Shown here piece by piece: positions 1 to 14,839 of a stretch of DNA of 64,000 nt. The notes beneath the pieces are model-generated. The model saw nothing but the letters and a program-made list of their open reading frames with translations, made no database searches and had not been told where the DNA came from. Position numbers and translations under genes: made by a program. Source of the DNA: the human T2T-CHM13v2.0 reference genome, Homo sapiens; the NCBI RefSeq assembly GCF_009914755.1, contig NC_060926.1; one strand, written 5' to 3'. The stretch's first letter is position 1; each line of letters opens with the position of its first letter.

Positions 1-261
1 GACGGTTGGAGGAGAAAGGGTCTTGAAGACAGGAAAAGGGTACAGAAAGGGAGATGAGCTCATTCTCAAGATACACAGGACTTTCACAGAATTTTATTTA
101 GTGATGGCTTTGCCTTCTCCACAGTAGTGGGGATTTCTCTTTCAAATTTGCAACTCAGAAAATATTCATGGGGCACTTACCATGTGGCAGATACTAGCTC
201 ATGTACTGAAGAGACAAAGACAGATAGAAAGGATCCTTCCCTGGCTTTAAGAAATCTAACT

Positions 262-551
<290 letters not shown>

Positions 552-1616
552 CTAGTTATGGGACAGAAACATAGTTAAAAAAACGAATGTCATCGATGCT
601 AGGTAGAAGTCTGTTCTAGGTAGAATGAGTTAAAGATGATCAATTCTCTCTGGGAGAGAAGGTCAGAAAAGGCTTCCTAGAGAGGGTGATGCTTGAGTTG
701 GTCATGAAAGATAAATTAGTGTTCTCCAGCAGACATTATATTTTTTCACGAAAATAAAGATTATTTTTGATTGTTCCTCATTTTCTCCATTTTATTCACA
801 TTGCAGTTGAAATCTATATATGTGTTATGATCAATTTCTGTTTCTATTCTTCCATCATCTTCTTTGTTGATAGAAATGCAAAGTCAAATTTAGAATATGC
901 ACTAACTCTAGGGCTATCCATCTATGGTGAAATCCTTTGGGTACACAATCCAAATATGGTTCCCAGATCACCTTCTGGGGAGGCTGTGCAGCTGCCCTCC
1001 AGCACCAAATGGTTTGTCTGACTTTGCTTCAGGATTTCCTTTTTATCAATCTTTTTTTAAGCATATGCATTCAAAAGATGCACTGTCTGCATTTGTGATT
1101 GCACACACCTTGGAAGGAATAATGATGAACTGCGACATTTTATATTTTGAGCACACTAACTCAAGGGAGGCAAGAATAAGAAGGAAGCCAGGGAGGGAGC
1201 ATTTTCAAAACACAAAACTCGGCAGTGGCTAGCCAGGGCTGGGTTGACCTTAGAACATCCCCTGCCATTCCTGCTATCTTATGGAAGCCCTTCAAAGTGT
1301 AATGCTGCCTCCACATAGCCCCTCCCTGACACCAGCATATGCTTGATTTCCTCAGAGCAGCAAGAATCCTGATAAACAGAAGGGGAAAAGCAAGCCTTGG
1401 AAGGATTATTTTGACAGCATAACTAAGCCCTGACCACTTCAGTCTCTGGGCTTGTGTCAAGTAACACTTTGCTGATTTTGAATTTAAAATTCCCAGTAGT
1501 CTTTTGCTATCTCCCAGACTTTGTTTTAGTTGTTTCATTCCCTACATTTCTGTGCTTTCCAACAATCTCTTGTACTTTCATCATCCATTTCACAGTAATG
1601 AGGTTATGAGACACTG

Positions 1617-1635
1617 TGACCTCTAGAGGGCGATA
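1617..1635 (+). promoter_or_regulatory. Candidate CTCF motif
   Basis: tgaCCTCTAGAGGGCGata resembles the CTCF core CCNCNAGRKGGCR; motif only, no occupancy evidence. Confidence 0.35.
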
Positions 1636-1862
1636 AAGAGTCCTCCTGGTCACTTTCTCCTAGGGAAGGTCAATGGATGATAAGGGCAGGACAGAGGGCA
1701 CTTCCATTATCACAGGGTTAGACTTGGGTGGTAAGGGTGGGCCTGACTGGAGAAACAGTGGCATGCTTAGTAGCACTGGATCTGGTTAATCTTTCTTGTT
1801 TCTCTTCTCTTTGTTGTTGTTTATGCTTTATTTTCTGATATGCTCCTAAGTCCCAAGAAGAT

Positions 1863-2228
1863 TGCTATGAACTGAGTTGTGAACCACCCCCTTCCCAAAA
1901 TCCATGACCCTCAGTGTAGCTGTATTTGGAGTAACAGGGTAATTAGGTTAAATGAAATTATAAGATCGGAGCCCTAATCCGACAGGATTAGTGTCCTTAA
2001 AGCAGGAGACACTAGAGAACTCTGTCTCCTGCTCTCTCTTTGAATGCCATGTGAGGACACTGAGAAGGCGGCCATCCACAAGCCAGGAAAAGAGCCCTCA
2101 ACAGGGACCGAGTCAGCCAGCACTTGTGTTTGTATTTCCCAGCCTCCAGAAGTTTGAGAAAATAAATTGTGTTGTCTGAGTCACTCACTCAGTCTATGAC
2201 ATTTTATTGTAGCCAACTGAGCCAACTT
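1863..2228 (+). mobile_element. MaLR solo LTR (MLT1A/MST-like)
   Basis: tgctatgaactgagttgtg...tgtatttgga...gccctaatcc..gtgtccttaaa...cagcctccagaa..tgagaaaataaatt. Confidence 0.8.
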
Positions 2229-2399
2229 TGCAACTCATTGACAAAGGTCAAATGAGATGATGCAAGTAACTATGCTGTGTAGATTGTAAACTATAAAACA
2301 CACTTTATTTCCTTATTGGTAAAAGTAATAATATGAATGATCTGCATCCTGGGGTTATCAGAGCATGAATGTGAAGGCTAGAATTTGGGGAATTTGGGG

Positions 2400-2500
2400 T
2401 TAAAAATTAATACTCCTCTTTGTATGAAATACTCTTTGTATGAAATACTCTTAAAAATTAATACTCCTCTTTGTATGAAATACTCCTCTTTGTAATGAAA
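2400..2500. repeat. Nested micro-duplication (2 x ~51 bp, each with an internal repeat)
   Basis: TTAAAAATTAATACTCCTCTTTGTATGAAATACTC at 2400 and 2451; CTCTTTGTA(A)TGAAA occurs four times. Confidence 0.85.
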
Positions 2501-3069
2501 ATGTGCAGTGCGTAGAGGCAGAACACTTGGGCCTGGAAGGGACATTACCCTGAAGAAGGAGAAAGATAAGGTACAGGGTGTCCTCTTGAAAACCGGCTGT
2601 CTCTAGTCACAGGAAACAGATTTTAATATACACAAGCATGAAAACGAAACCTTTTAAGAATGACTTTCTCAATTGCCCCCTGACACAGACCTTCAGGGAA
2701 CTTCCCTGATGTCTCTAAAATAGAGAGGGGTGTGTGTGTGTGTATATAGAGAGAGAGCTATAATAACTAAGAAACAGAGTTATGTGTAGAACTAACTAAC
2801 AAAGACTTCTGCTCACTGCAGTGCTAGTCCTTGCACAATACACCTGGGGCAACATAGTCAAACACAAGGAAACTCCCCACCTCAACCCCAACAACTTTGG
2901 CTGTGGAGCTAGCTGGGCAGCATGTGCCAGCATCAAAGAAAATCAAAATAGAGACAATAGCAGCTTCTAAGTCAGTCCTCTAAGACCCTCAGAAAAGAGC
3001 TAGTATGGAAATAAAGCCAACAAATATGTCAAAATACAATCAACTCTACAAACATCTGTTTAATACCTA

Positions 3070-3468
3070 CTGTCTCAGTTTGCCAGGGCTGCCAAAACAA
3101 AATACCACAGACTGAATGACATAAACAACAACAATTTATTTTCTAACAGTTCTAGAGACTGGAAGTCCAAGTTCAAGGTACTGGCAGTGTTGGCGTCTGT
3201 TGAGGACCCTGCCTTTGTGTTGGCCACCTTTCCCTGTGTGCTCACATGATCTTTCCTCGTGAATGAGGAGAAAGGGAGAGAGAGACAGAGGGGCTTTGCT
3301 GGTGTCTCTTCTTATAAGGACACTAATCCTATAGGATGAGAGGCCCACCCTAATAACCTCATTTACCCTGAATTACTTTGTTAGAGGCCTCCTTTCCGAA
3401 TACAGCCACACTAGAGTTAGTCTTCAACATATGAATCTTGTGGAGACACAAACATTTATTCTATAATA
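3070..3468 (-). mobile_element. MaLR solo LTR (MLT1A-like), apparently inside an L2 fragment
   Basis: gggctgccaaaacaaaataccacagact...cagttctagagactggaagtccaag...tcttataaggacactaatcc. Confidence 0.8.
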
Positions 3469-4844
3469 CCTGCCATGTGCTAGATGCTGTTCCATGTGCT
3501 CATGGTAGAAAAATAAGTATGGTGTAGTTGGCTTCAGAAAGATTCTTGGGGTTAAGATTAATATACAATTCATCTTTGTAACGTCAGTGTGAGGCAGAGT
3601 AACTTAGCACATAGTTCACCTCTGATTATTCTTGGATTTAATTAATGTATTTTGAATCTAGTAGGAGGAGAAGTTACATATACAGTGAGAGGGGAAATGC
3701 CCTATAGAATCCATAAGATGTTATAGGATGACAGTGGGGCCATATTGGGGAAAGGGGGTAGCTCTTCCTGGTGCATTTCAAAAGTCTTCTAGTATAAATA
3801 GGCATGAATATACATTGCATTAATTGAGTTCTTAATCATATTCTTTTTGAGATTCTGTCCTGCCACCTGTGATGTATGTGTGGGAGGCAGGGTTGCTTGG
3901 GGAGTGGGTCTCTGTAGAGCTGGCATTCTGTGGCTCTACGTTCTCACAGCCTCTGGGTCTTCTCACTTTGTACTTTCCCAGTTTAAACGACTCTTCAGAA
4001 ATTTTCCAATAATTGAGCAACTGCTGGTTTTTTCAGCAATGCTGGTTGCTTACAGCTGTACTGTGAGAATCAGAATAATTATTATTTGCCCTTATGATGC
4101 TTCATTGTTTATAGAAAGAAAAAAGGAGTGCACAAAGTGCCTTGGTTCTTCATCTGTAAATGTGGGATAATCTTGTTGGTCAAGGGTCTCACAGCCGTGT
4201 GGTGGGGCATTAATGAGATCCTGTCTGTAAAGGGCTTGGAGAAACTCACTTGAAAGATGTGGCATAAATACAAAGAAGGGTTATTACAAAACAGACCAAA
4301 GAACAGGCTAGTTACTGAACTACCTTTATTTTACTTTTTTTTTTTTTTTAAGCCAGGGATAAAGAAAATGGGAGATTGAATGTTTAGCTTTTGGACTGGA
4401 ACTCTAATTAGAGGTTTAAGGATTAAGAAAATAGTTGGAGTCAGTGTGAAGAAGCTTTTCTCAGAGAAAAGACATGTTTTTATTCTTCTTAGAGCACTTG
4501 ACCTGTAAATACTTACATCTTGAGATGTGAAACAAATTCAATGAAAGGCCTGAGCTCAGGGCTTATTCGGTTCTCTGTGCAGTTAATTACCTTTTGTCCA
4601 GCAAGGAGGCCTTGAATTATCATTATTTCTCCTAATTCAAAGTCATTGAAGATATGTCTCCACTGTAATAAGTAGTTTGACCTCTCGATGTTAAGAAATA
4701 AGGACTCTGACTGTCGGATGCCCTGTTCTAAATCTGCAGTGGAAAGATGGGTCGGGGGATAGTTTCCAGCCTTAAGAATCCAGTTCAAATTCCTAACACC
4801 AGCCATATGCCACTGTCTTTGATCTTTCAGCTAGAAAATATTTC

Positions 4845-5070
4845 CTAGCAGCTAATACCTATCAAGTGCTGAGTATGTGCCAAGGCATAGTTTTCGTAGT
4901 TTGCAAACATTAATTCATCTCATTCTCACACAATGACTATGGAGTCGGTACTAGTATTTCCCTATTTTACAGACAAGGAAATTTTGGCCTAGAAAGGTTA
5001 AATGACTTGTCCAAGAAGACACAGCAAGGGATCAGTGGGGCTGGAAATCAAAGCCCATTATATTTACTTT
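4845..5070 (-). mobile_element. MIR fragment
   Basis: cctattttacagacaaggaaa...aggttaaatgacttgtccaag MIR core. Confidence 0.7.
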
Positions 5071-5742
5071 TTAACTTATAAACTCTTCTGCTTTGTTCTC
5101 TGACGTTTCATGGTACTGTGTGTACTTCTCTCAAGGAACCTGCCATGTTTTTCTGGATGCTTGCTCAAGCCCCCATCCAGGTTGTATTCTTGTCTAGGAA
5201 TGCCACATTTACTTCCTGTGCACCCCACCACCATGTCTTGCTTGTAGATCTTCATTCAAGAGAGGGGCCAGGCAGAAATAATGGGGTAATATATCAGGAG
5301 TGCTAAAACACCACTGGAAGATTTAGAAACACAATGCCAGTGAAGGAACTTGCCACAGATCTCCTGATATTTAGCAATTTGTACTTTGATGCACAAGGAA
5401 GCACACAGGACTAACAAGTCAAGAAAAAAATACCATGCCTTTATTGGTGTCAATTTCTGTAATGCAAGTTTCAGGATGCAGCAAGAGCCTCCAGCTCCGA
5501 TACCCACCAGCCAAATCCCACAGCCACTGTCAACTGAAATGCTGTAGTGGAATAGCACACAGGGGAGTGCTACTTTCTTGGAACAAGTGATTTTAAAGTA
5601 TTAATAGGGCTCCCCAGGATTTTTTATTTTTTGGTCAGAAAAATTACATGTGATAAATGTATGTTCTCATTTAAACATGAAGAATGAATGTGCAGATTTA
5701 TTATCTCTCCCTTCTTAAACTCCTTCAAAATGACATAAAGCA

Positions 5743-6020
5743 GGCCAGGCACGGTGGCTCATGCTTGTAATCTCAGTACTTCAGGAGGCCGAGGTCAGGA
5801 GTTCGAGACCAGCCTGGCCAACATGGTGAAACTCCGTCTCTACTAAAAATACAAGAATTTGTCGGGCGTGATGGTGCATGCCTGTAGTCCCAGCTACTCA
5901 GAAGGCTGAGGCAGAGTAATGGCTTGAACCTGGGAGGCAGACGTTGCAGCGAGCCAAGATTGCACCAGGGCACTCCAGCCTGGGTGACAGAGAGAGACTT
6001 GGTCCAAAAAAAAAAAAAAA
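5743..6020 (+). mobile_element. AluS SINE with a short left-arm deletion
   Basis: Dimeric Alu; GGAGGCCGAGGTCAGGAG lacks the GGCGGATCACCT segment between two GAGG; TSD-like gacataaagca/gacaaagca. Confidence 0.9.
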
Positions 6021-6799
6021 GACAAAGCAATCAAATAACTTTTTATTTTATTTTAGAAGTAGGAAACTGAAAAGACAAAGACAACAGAAGGGAATTTAGT
6101 ATGAGTGAAAAATATGAACTCACTGTGGGAAATTGGAGAGCAGATAAAGGAGGAAGGCTGCCTCTGCCCCAATGTTTGCTGAACAGTTTTCCTGTTCAGG
6201 CTAATATGCAAGTTCTTTTTCACTTCCATCCCAGGCTTATTCTTTAGCATATAGAAGTTGAACCAAAGATTGTCCAAAGCTGAAGGCAAGGTGAAGATAC
6301 TGGGCTAAATACGGAAATAAAGGACTGTCTGCACACTGGGCTATGGGATACCTAGCCTTATTTTGTGGCCCTGTTCCCAGAGCTCTTATGGTAAGACTTT
6401 TTTTTTTTCTCTATACTGGAGATAAGAGTCCTTGACCATGGAAGAACTGAACAGCCCCATGAAAAACATGTGTGATAACTGGAATTATAGAAATGTCCCC
6501 TCATTGAAAAAAATACTTTACCCATATGATCACCAGACAGTAAAGCCCATCTACTGGCCTGCGTAGCTCCTTCACTTGGGAACTTCAGTCCAATTTGTAG
6601 TGCCTCAGTCATAAGTGTGAACAAATAACCAAGGCTACTCAGTACTTTCACCAGCCTTCCAAGACAAAAGATGACAATGAAAGCATACAAATAAAGGTAA
6701 TGGAGAAACAGAGGTGATGCAAGAGACACAAGAAACATCAACAACATAATATCTTCAGCTAGATAGGATAATATATAAACCCATAAAACAATAATATGG

Positions 6800-6802
6800 T
6801 AT

Positions 6803-6833
<31 letters not shown>

Positions 6834-6981
6834 TTAAGAAACGGAGTCTCTCTCTCGCCCAGGCTGCAGTGCAGTGCCATGATCATAGCTCACTGCAGCC
6901 TCAAACTCCTGGACTCAAGGGATCCTCCTGCTTCAGCCTCCTGCGTGTCTGGGAATATAGCTGCAAGCCACTCTGCCCGGC
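6800..6981 (-). mobile_element. Alu monomer (FAM/FRAM-like) with (TTTA)n tail
   Basis: Single arm only: gcagtgccatgatcatagctcactgcagcctcaaactcctgg...gccactctgcccggc. Confidence 0.8.
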
Positions 6982-7549
6982 TGGGAACATGATCTTTAAA
7001 AAAAAACCTGGCAAACAATGAGAAATAACTTTTGGAAATGTGATAGAGAAATTTGTTAAAAAATCTAGAAAGATGGGAGATAAAATCTGAGAAATCTCCT
7101 AGCAAGTTGAATAAAAATTAAAAAAGTGGGCAATCAAAAACAAAGAAGAAAATCAGAGGGTCAAAATGTAATGTCCAATATCTAATAGTATTTACAGAAA
7201 GAGAGAATAAATGTGGAGGAGGTGTTAGCAAAGATATAATTGAAAATATTTTATAGAATAAAACTGATGTAAAAGTTTGTTCTCTTACCCAGCACAGTGC
7301 ATAGAAAACGGCACACACAAAGGCAAAGGCAAAATCCTAAATCTCCTAAAGATAGATGAATCAGGAGTCAGACAGACATGGAACTTCTGAAGAAAAACAC
7401 TGGCCATTTGCAGATAGTGGAAAAACACCACAGTTCTAAGCGGAAATGGTTTGCGAACTGGAATCCTATGTTTAGTCAAATTATCAGTCATGTGTAATGT
7501 CGTTATTGAAGACTTCCTAAATATCTTTCCTGGGACTCTACTTGATATG

Positions 7550-8028
7550 CATACATTCATTATCTGATATTGCATAAAAACTACCACCAAACTTAGCACC
7601 TTAACGCAACACACATTTATCACCTTATATAGTTCTGGGAGAGGTCAGGAATCTCAGCCTGGTTTAACTGGATGATTCCAGCTCTTGGTGTCTCCGAGGT
7701 CAAACTGTTGTCCTGGGCAAAGAGCTTGATAATCTGCTTCCAAGCTCCCTCGTGTGGCTGTTGACAGGAGATTTCAGGTTCTTGACAGGCTGGTTTTTTA
7801 ATAGCGCTGCTTAAACAGCATGTCATCTGGCTTCCCCAGATACAGTGGAGGGCAGGGGGAAAGGGTATAGAGGGAGGACACAGGAGGACAGTTAAAACAG
7901 AAATTAAAGTCTTTTAGAACCTTAACTGGAGAAGGGATGCCTAGTCCAACCTGGGAGAGAATTACACAAGGGTGTGAATACCAGGAGGCAGGGATTATTG
8001 GATGCCATCATGAAGATTGCCTGTCACA
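7550..8028 (-). mobile_element. MaLR LTR (MLT1E/F/G-like)
   Basis: tattgcataaaaactaccaccaaacttagc...gtcaggaatc...ggagagaattacacaagggtgtgaataccaggaggcagggattattgg. Confidence 0.7.
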
Positions 8029-8164
8029 ACGTGGTTCACCCAATTAAAGAAGTATATAAAAAAGAAAGACATGAGATCCAGGAAACAGAGAACCCACCAC
8101 AGAACAGGCCAGGTATTTCGGGATAGCAGCTATGCAGAAGGCACAGAGAAAAACCAGTCTGGGT

Positions 8165-8383
8165 CAATGGTTCTCAGCTGGGCATGCTATTGCCCTCCCA
8201 GATCCTCTGGGAGGGTGCATTTAACAATACACAGAGACATTTTTCATTGTCAAGATGGGACTGCTACAGGTATGCAGTGAGTGGGAGTGAGGGATGCGGC
8301 AAAACATCTGTAAAACCAGGATAGCCCCCCGATGAAGAATTATTTGGTCCAGAATGTTAAGAATTTTAAAGTTGAGGAAACCA
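8165..8383 (+). mobile_element. MER20 (hAT-Charlie MITE)
   Basis: caatggttctcagctggg...agacatttttcattgtca...agggatgcggcaaaacatc...aagaattatttggtcc...gttgaggaaacc. Confidence 0.8.
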
Positions 8384-9067
8384 AATCTATAGGTGTAGAA
8401 TGAGATACAAGAAAACAGGCCATTTGGAAGGAGGATCCTAGAAAAAGTCTGCAAGTAACAAACATCAGCTTTATCACTTGCATGCATATATCAGACAAAC
8501 AATAAGGACTTTGAAAACCAACCTCACCAAAATGGTGATAGACACAGAAAGCATGACAGGGAATCTTATGTGACTGGGTCTCAGAAAGACAGCTCCTTAT
8601 TTACAAATGTGGGTGGGCAAAAGATTATATCTAAAATGGATAAATCAAGAAATAACAACATATTTAGTAAAATAGAGTTAAAAATAAGAAGAGTAATGGA
8701 ACTAAAATAACTGCATGTGAGGAGGAAGGCGAGAGGGTGGGGCAACAGCTGCTTTCTTATGTTCAGTTATTCTATACTATTTGACTTTATAAATGTATTA
8801 CTTCGATAAAAAATTGAATGCTTCAAATAAATCTATTGTTAGATTATAAAGAAAGTTGTTTACAGTTTTGTTAAAAGAAAATTAGTTTTTTTCCCTACCA
8901 ATAAATATGTATAAATATCTAAAGGATATTGGCTGAAGACACATAAGATGACTATGTGGACAGTGGCACACATGCCCCTTTTTGATGTTTTCAGTTAATG
9001 TAGTTATTCAATGAGTGAATGAAGGAATGAATGAACAATGCATGATGAAATAATTAAATTGAAAACA

Positions 9068-9356
<289 letters not shown>

Positions 9357-9975
9357 TATATATATTTTTTATAATATATATAAAATTTATATTTATATAT
9401 TATATAATATAAAATTTATATTTATATATTATATAATATATAATTTATATTTATATATTATATAATATATAATTTATATTTATATATTATATAATATATA
9501 ATTTATATTTATATATTATATTATATATTTATATTATATATTATATAATATATAATTTATATTTATATATTATATAATATATAATTTATATATATATTAT
9601 ATAATATATAATTTATATTATATATTATATAATATATTTTATATTTGTATATTATATAATATATAATTTATATTATATATTATATATATAATTTATATTA
9701 TATATATAATATGTAATATATATTATATAATTTATATTTATATATTATATATTATATAATATATAATTTATATTTATATATTATATAATATATAATTTAT
9801 ATTTATATATTATATAATATATAATTTATATTTATATATTATATAATATATAATTTATATTTATATATTATATAATATATAATTTATATTTATATATTAT
9901 ATTATATATAATTTATATTTATATATTATATTATATATAAATAATATATGTATTTATAATACATAAGTATATATA
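9357..9975. repeat. AT-rich minisatellite, 29-bp unit ATAATATATAATTTATATTTATATATTAT
   Basis: About 600 bp almost entirely A/T; many exact and variant unit copies. Confidence 0.9.
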
Positions 9976-10111
9976 AAACAAATGATTCTACCCTTTTTTT
10001 AATGGTAAAGCACATTTTATTTAAATAGTTCATGCTAAGGCTAGTAAGAAGCTCCTCATTGCCAGATCTGGTTCAGGCCTTAATCTCCATGAGCTACCTA
10101 GAGCACACATA

Positions 10112-10730
10112 TGGAAACCAAAAATAAAATTTGAAGTCCCCCAACCCCCCAGTGATCAGAGTGGAATCCCTCCTTTATGGCAGAGCACTCCAAAGTTAAC
10201 TTCAAGAACTGGTTTAGGCCATGACAGGAAAGGGGCGGTTGGACATACTGCATTATACCCTCCCCACTTTTGGAATTCAGGAAAAGTCAACTAGCATTTG
10301 ACATCAACCCAGACCTTAAATCTCATAAGAAATATTTGCAATCTATTCTCTCTAAATCCAGCCACCTGGAGGCTTCATCTGCATGATAAAGCTTTGGTTT
10401 CCACAACGTCTTATCATAACTCAGACATTCCTTTCTATTGATATTAACTCTTTCAAACAGTCTGAAAAATTGTAGATCTACCTATAACCTGGAAGCCCCA
10501 TCTTTGAGTTGTCTTGCCTTTCTGGACCAAACCAATGGTTATCTTAAATGTATATGATTGATGTCCCATATCTCCCTAAAATGTATAAAACCAAGTTGCA
10601 CCCCAATCACCTTGGGCCCATGTTCTCAGGGTCTCCTGAGGGCTGTGCTGTGTCGTGATCTATGATCACTCATATTTCACTCAGAATAAATCTCTTCAAA
10701 TATTTTACAGAGTTTGACTTTTCATTGACA
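10112..10730 (+). mobile_element. ERV1 solo LTR, MER4 family (MER4B-like)
   Basis: TG..aaaccaaaaataaaat start; ctcagAATAAAtctcttcaaatattttacagagtttgact..tgaCA end; 4-bp flanks cata/catg. Confidence 0.82.
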
Positions 10731-10820
10731 CATGCCCTTACAAGAGCATTGGAGCTTTCTTGGCCACTTCTCAGTCTTCTGGATGAACACCTTGTCCTGA
10801 GCCTACCCTTTAAATGTTGA

Positions 10821-11159
<339 letters not shown>

Positions 11160-11199
11160 TGTTTTTTTTTTCTTTTTTTTTCTTTTTTTGAAGAAAAGA

Positions 11200-12280
11200 T
11201 ATACCCTCACTGAGCTAACTCATCCATTCCCATTTCCAAAACTTCAGCTGGTTACTGTATCCTGATGAACCCAAATCTATATGCCTAGCTTGGGTAGATC
11301 TATTTGGCCTTAAAAGAATTGTCTCAATTACTTACAGGGGCAACTTTACTTGGTTGTCCCCTAGGCCTCTAAAACTCAACACTTCACAAAATGAACTCAA
11401 GCTCTACCTCAACACCTCCCCACCACTCCAACTCCTCAGCTAGATCTGCTTCTGCTTGATTTTTTCTTTTTTCAGGGAAATGTTCTACATTCACCAAAAT
11501 GTCCATGTCAGAAACAAGCATCACTCTTCTTTTCCTCTTTCTCACCCCTCTGGAGTCCATCAAACACCACACTTTACTGAATATACTTATATTGCATGTG
11601 GCATAGCTGCTTCCACAGTCTCTTTAAATCTATTCAATTCTTTATACAAAGATAGCTTTGGCTATCTTTGTTCTGGCCACCCTAATCTTGGAATTAGATT
11701 ACTGCCACGGAGTTCAAATTCTTCTCCCAACCTCTAGGCCTGTACCCTTTTAATTCATTCTCCATTCTGACCAGGGTGATCTTTTAAAAATTCAAATATA
11801 TTCATGTCACTTATTTTTTGATAGCTTCCCATTGCCTGCAGGTTCACCTCTAAACTCTCCTCAATCCCAGGCTCTTGTTATTCTCTGAAGTTTCCTTTTT
11901 TTTTTATGATTCTTACACCCCACTATACTCTCTGTCTATATTAAGTTATGCTCAGATGATTGGATGCATCATGTTCTGTCCTTCCTCTAGGTCTTTGCAC
12001 ATTTTCTTACCTTTGCTCGAATCCTCTTTTTTTTTTTTTCCTGCCTCCATTCCCTCCTTGCTGGAAATTCTAATTTCTCCAAGTTTTGGTTCCATGTCAC
12101 TTTCTCTGGGAAGCTTTCCTGGTCCCCTCCCAAAGACTGCATTAAGAGCCCTTCAACTGAGCTTTCTGTATCAGTCTATTACAGAAATTGTCACAAGCAC
12201 TGTTCACTTGTATCCACTGCTATGATCTGAATTCCAGGACTCAGCACTCCTGGCCTAGCACAATGTGGGGGCCCAGTGTC
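11200..12280. mobile_element. Degraded L2 fragments
   Basis: cctctaaaactcaac, ccagggtgatcttttaaaa...catgtcac, ctctgggaagctttcct, cctagcacaatg motifs. Confidence 0.5.
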
Positions 12281-13551
12281 TACAGGCGATAAATACTCCA
12301 CCATTGTGGACAACTTTTCTTAGTGAAATTGCTTAAGAGCTTCTTTTAAAAATAGGGCATTTTTTTTTCAAGCAAAAGATCCTTTTTTACAAGCATATAC
12401 TAATGGTTCATCTTCAAAAGAGTTCACTGGCATATCTTTGTTGTGCACTAAAGCACAGTGAAGAAAGAAAAAGAAGAAATTAAATTGGCTAACAACCTTG
12501 CTTAAAAGCACAGAAATAAAATGAGAGTAAAACTTAAAAAAGTTGCAGATAATAAAAATGGATTGCACTCTTCTTCTTATTTCTAATTTTGATAGATATT
12601 TTTCTTCTCAAAGGGTCTGAGAGAAAAATATCTTAAAAGGGAGGCAATTTAAAACAGGCAAAATATTGCATTAAAACAAAGAGAGGGGAAAAACGTGATC
12701 AAGTCATCAGCTCCGTAATGCTAATACTGTTGGTTTTCAGGTGTTTGAATTGCCCACCTTAGGTGGGGCCTCTAAAAAGACAAATGAGATTAGAGATGAA
12801 GTGCCTGCTAGTCTAAATGAAAGCACAACAATGAAAATCAAAGAAACAGCACATTTAATTCCCCTCTGACGTTCCTGATTTCCAGCTCTCCGTAGCAATA
12901 ACTAAGTAAGCCTGGGTGTCCAGCAACATAGGCCATCGACATTTGTCAGAATTTTCAATAAACTGGCAATGAAAGACTAAATCCATGCAAGGTGGGAGAT
13001 GAATTAGCACATAGCCAAAGGTACTGGAGGAATAAGCACTGGTTTCATAGCTGAAATATTTTTTGATAAAGTAATAATCCTCGGTAATCTCTCTCCAGCT
13101 TTAAATAACAGCCAGTCTTTGTGCCGGCAGTTTAATTTTGTTGGCTGCCCTTGTCTTACAAATATATTTAGTGGAGTCTGGAATATCATTTTGTGCTGAA
13201 AGCTGAAGGCTTTGTCATGCTGAAGCCAGGCAGAGGCAATAAATCAAGGACAAAGTGAAAAGGAATAGAAATGGGCTATCGGAAACTTATTTCCCCAGAG
13301 CGGCCGAGCTTTCGTCTCATGCTAGCAGGTGTATTGCATCAGTCATGTCTTCCTGTTAAGTGCCTATGTTGTAATGATATTGACTTACAACTACATTGCA
13401 CCCTGGTTGGCATTGCTCCGAAGTGCTTAAGATGCATCTATGGGAAATACATGCTGAAAATAGCGTCATGAAAATATACAACTCCAGTTTTCTTTTCTTT
13501 CTTTTTTTTTTCTTTTCCTCCTCTAAGATCATTCTTCCCAGGAAATGGGAT

Positions 13552-13644
13552 TTAGGTAACTTCCCCAAGTCACACCATTTGTACATGGAAAGGTGTATAA
13601 CTGAATAATTTTATCCTCCAGTAAGAACTGTGCTGGGACACGAT
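13552..13644 (+). repeat. Left arm of a 93-bp inverted repeat (partner 15407-15499)
   Basis: Reverse complement matches 15407-15499 at 88/93 positions with no gaps. Confidence 0.95.
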
Positions 13645-13908
13645 ATTCAACTTCAGCTTCTTCCACTAATTTCCTCATTTGTGTCTAATCAATTAATAAA
13701 TGACGTTTTAAAGGTAAGGGACCACTATAAACTTAAAATGATGAAACCAGGACTAATGTTCTTCAAGATCTGTGTTTGCCAAATTGGTCATTACTGAGAA
13801 TGGATTGTGGAGAAAGAATATTTAAGTGTTTATAGGGGTCTGTGTCTTACCGTTAGCAATATAAATGAATAAAAATCACTATACTAGGAAGCCGGGGAGC
13901 TGGGTTCT

Positions 13909-14811
<903 letters not shown>

Positions 14812-14839
14812 TAAGTAGTCCTTATTATTATTAAAAACT

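Larger units (their letters stand above)
6990..8830 (+). mobile_element. HAL1/L1M ORF1-like relic interrupted by MLT1 and MER20
   Basis: A-rich ORF1-like sequence 7000-7530; aagacatgagatccaggaaacag...gatagcagctatgcagaaggcacagagaaaaaccagtct resembles the recalled HAL1 consensus. Confidence 0.55.

Noticed and set aside
9357-9975. Palindromic repeat array superficially CRISPR-like
   Set aside because: No unique spacers, no cas genes, eukaryotic context
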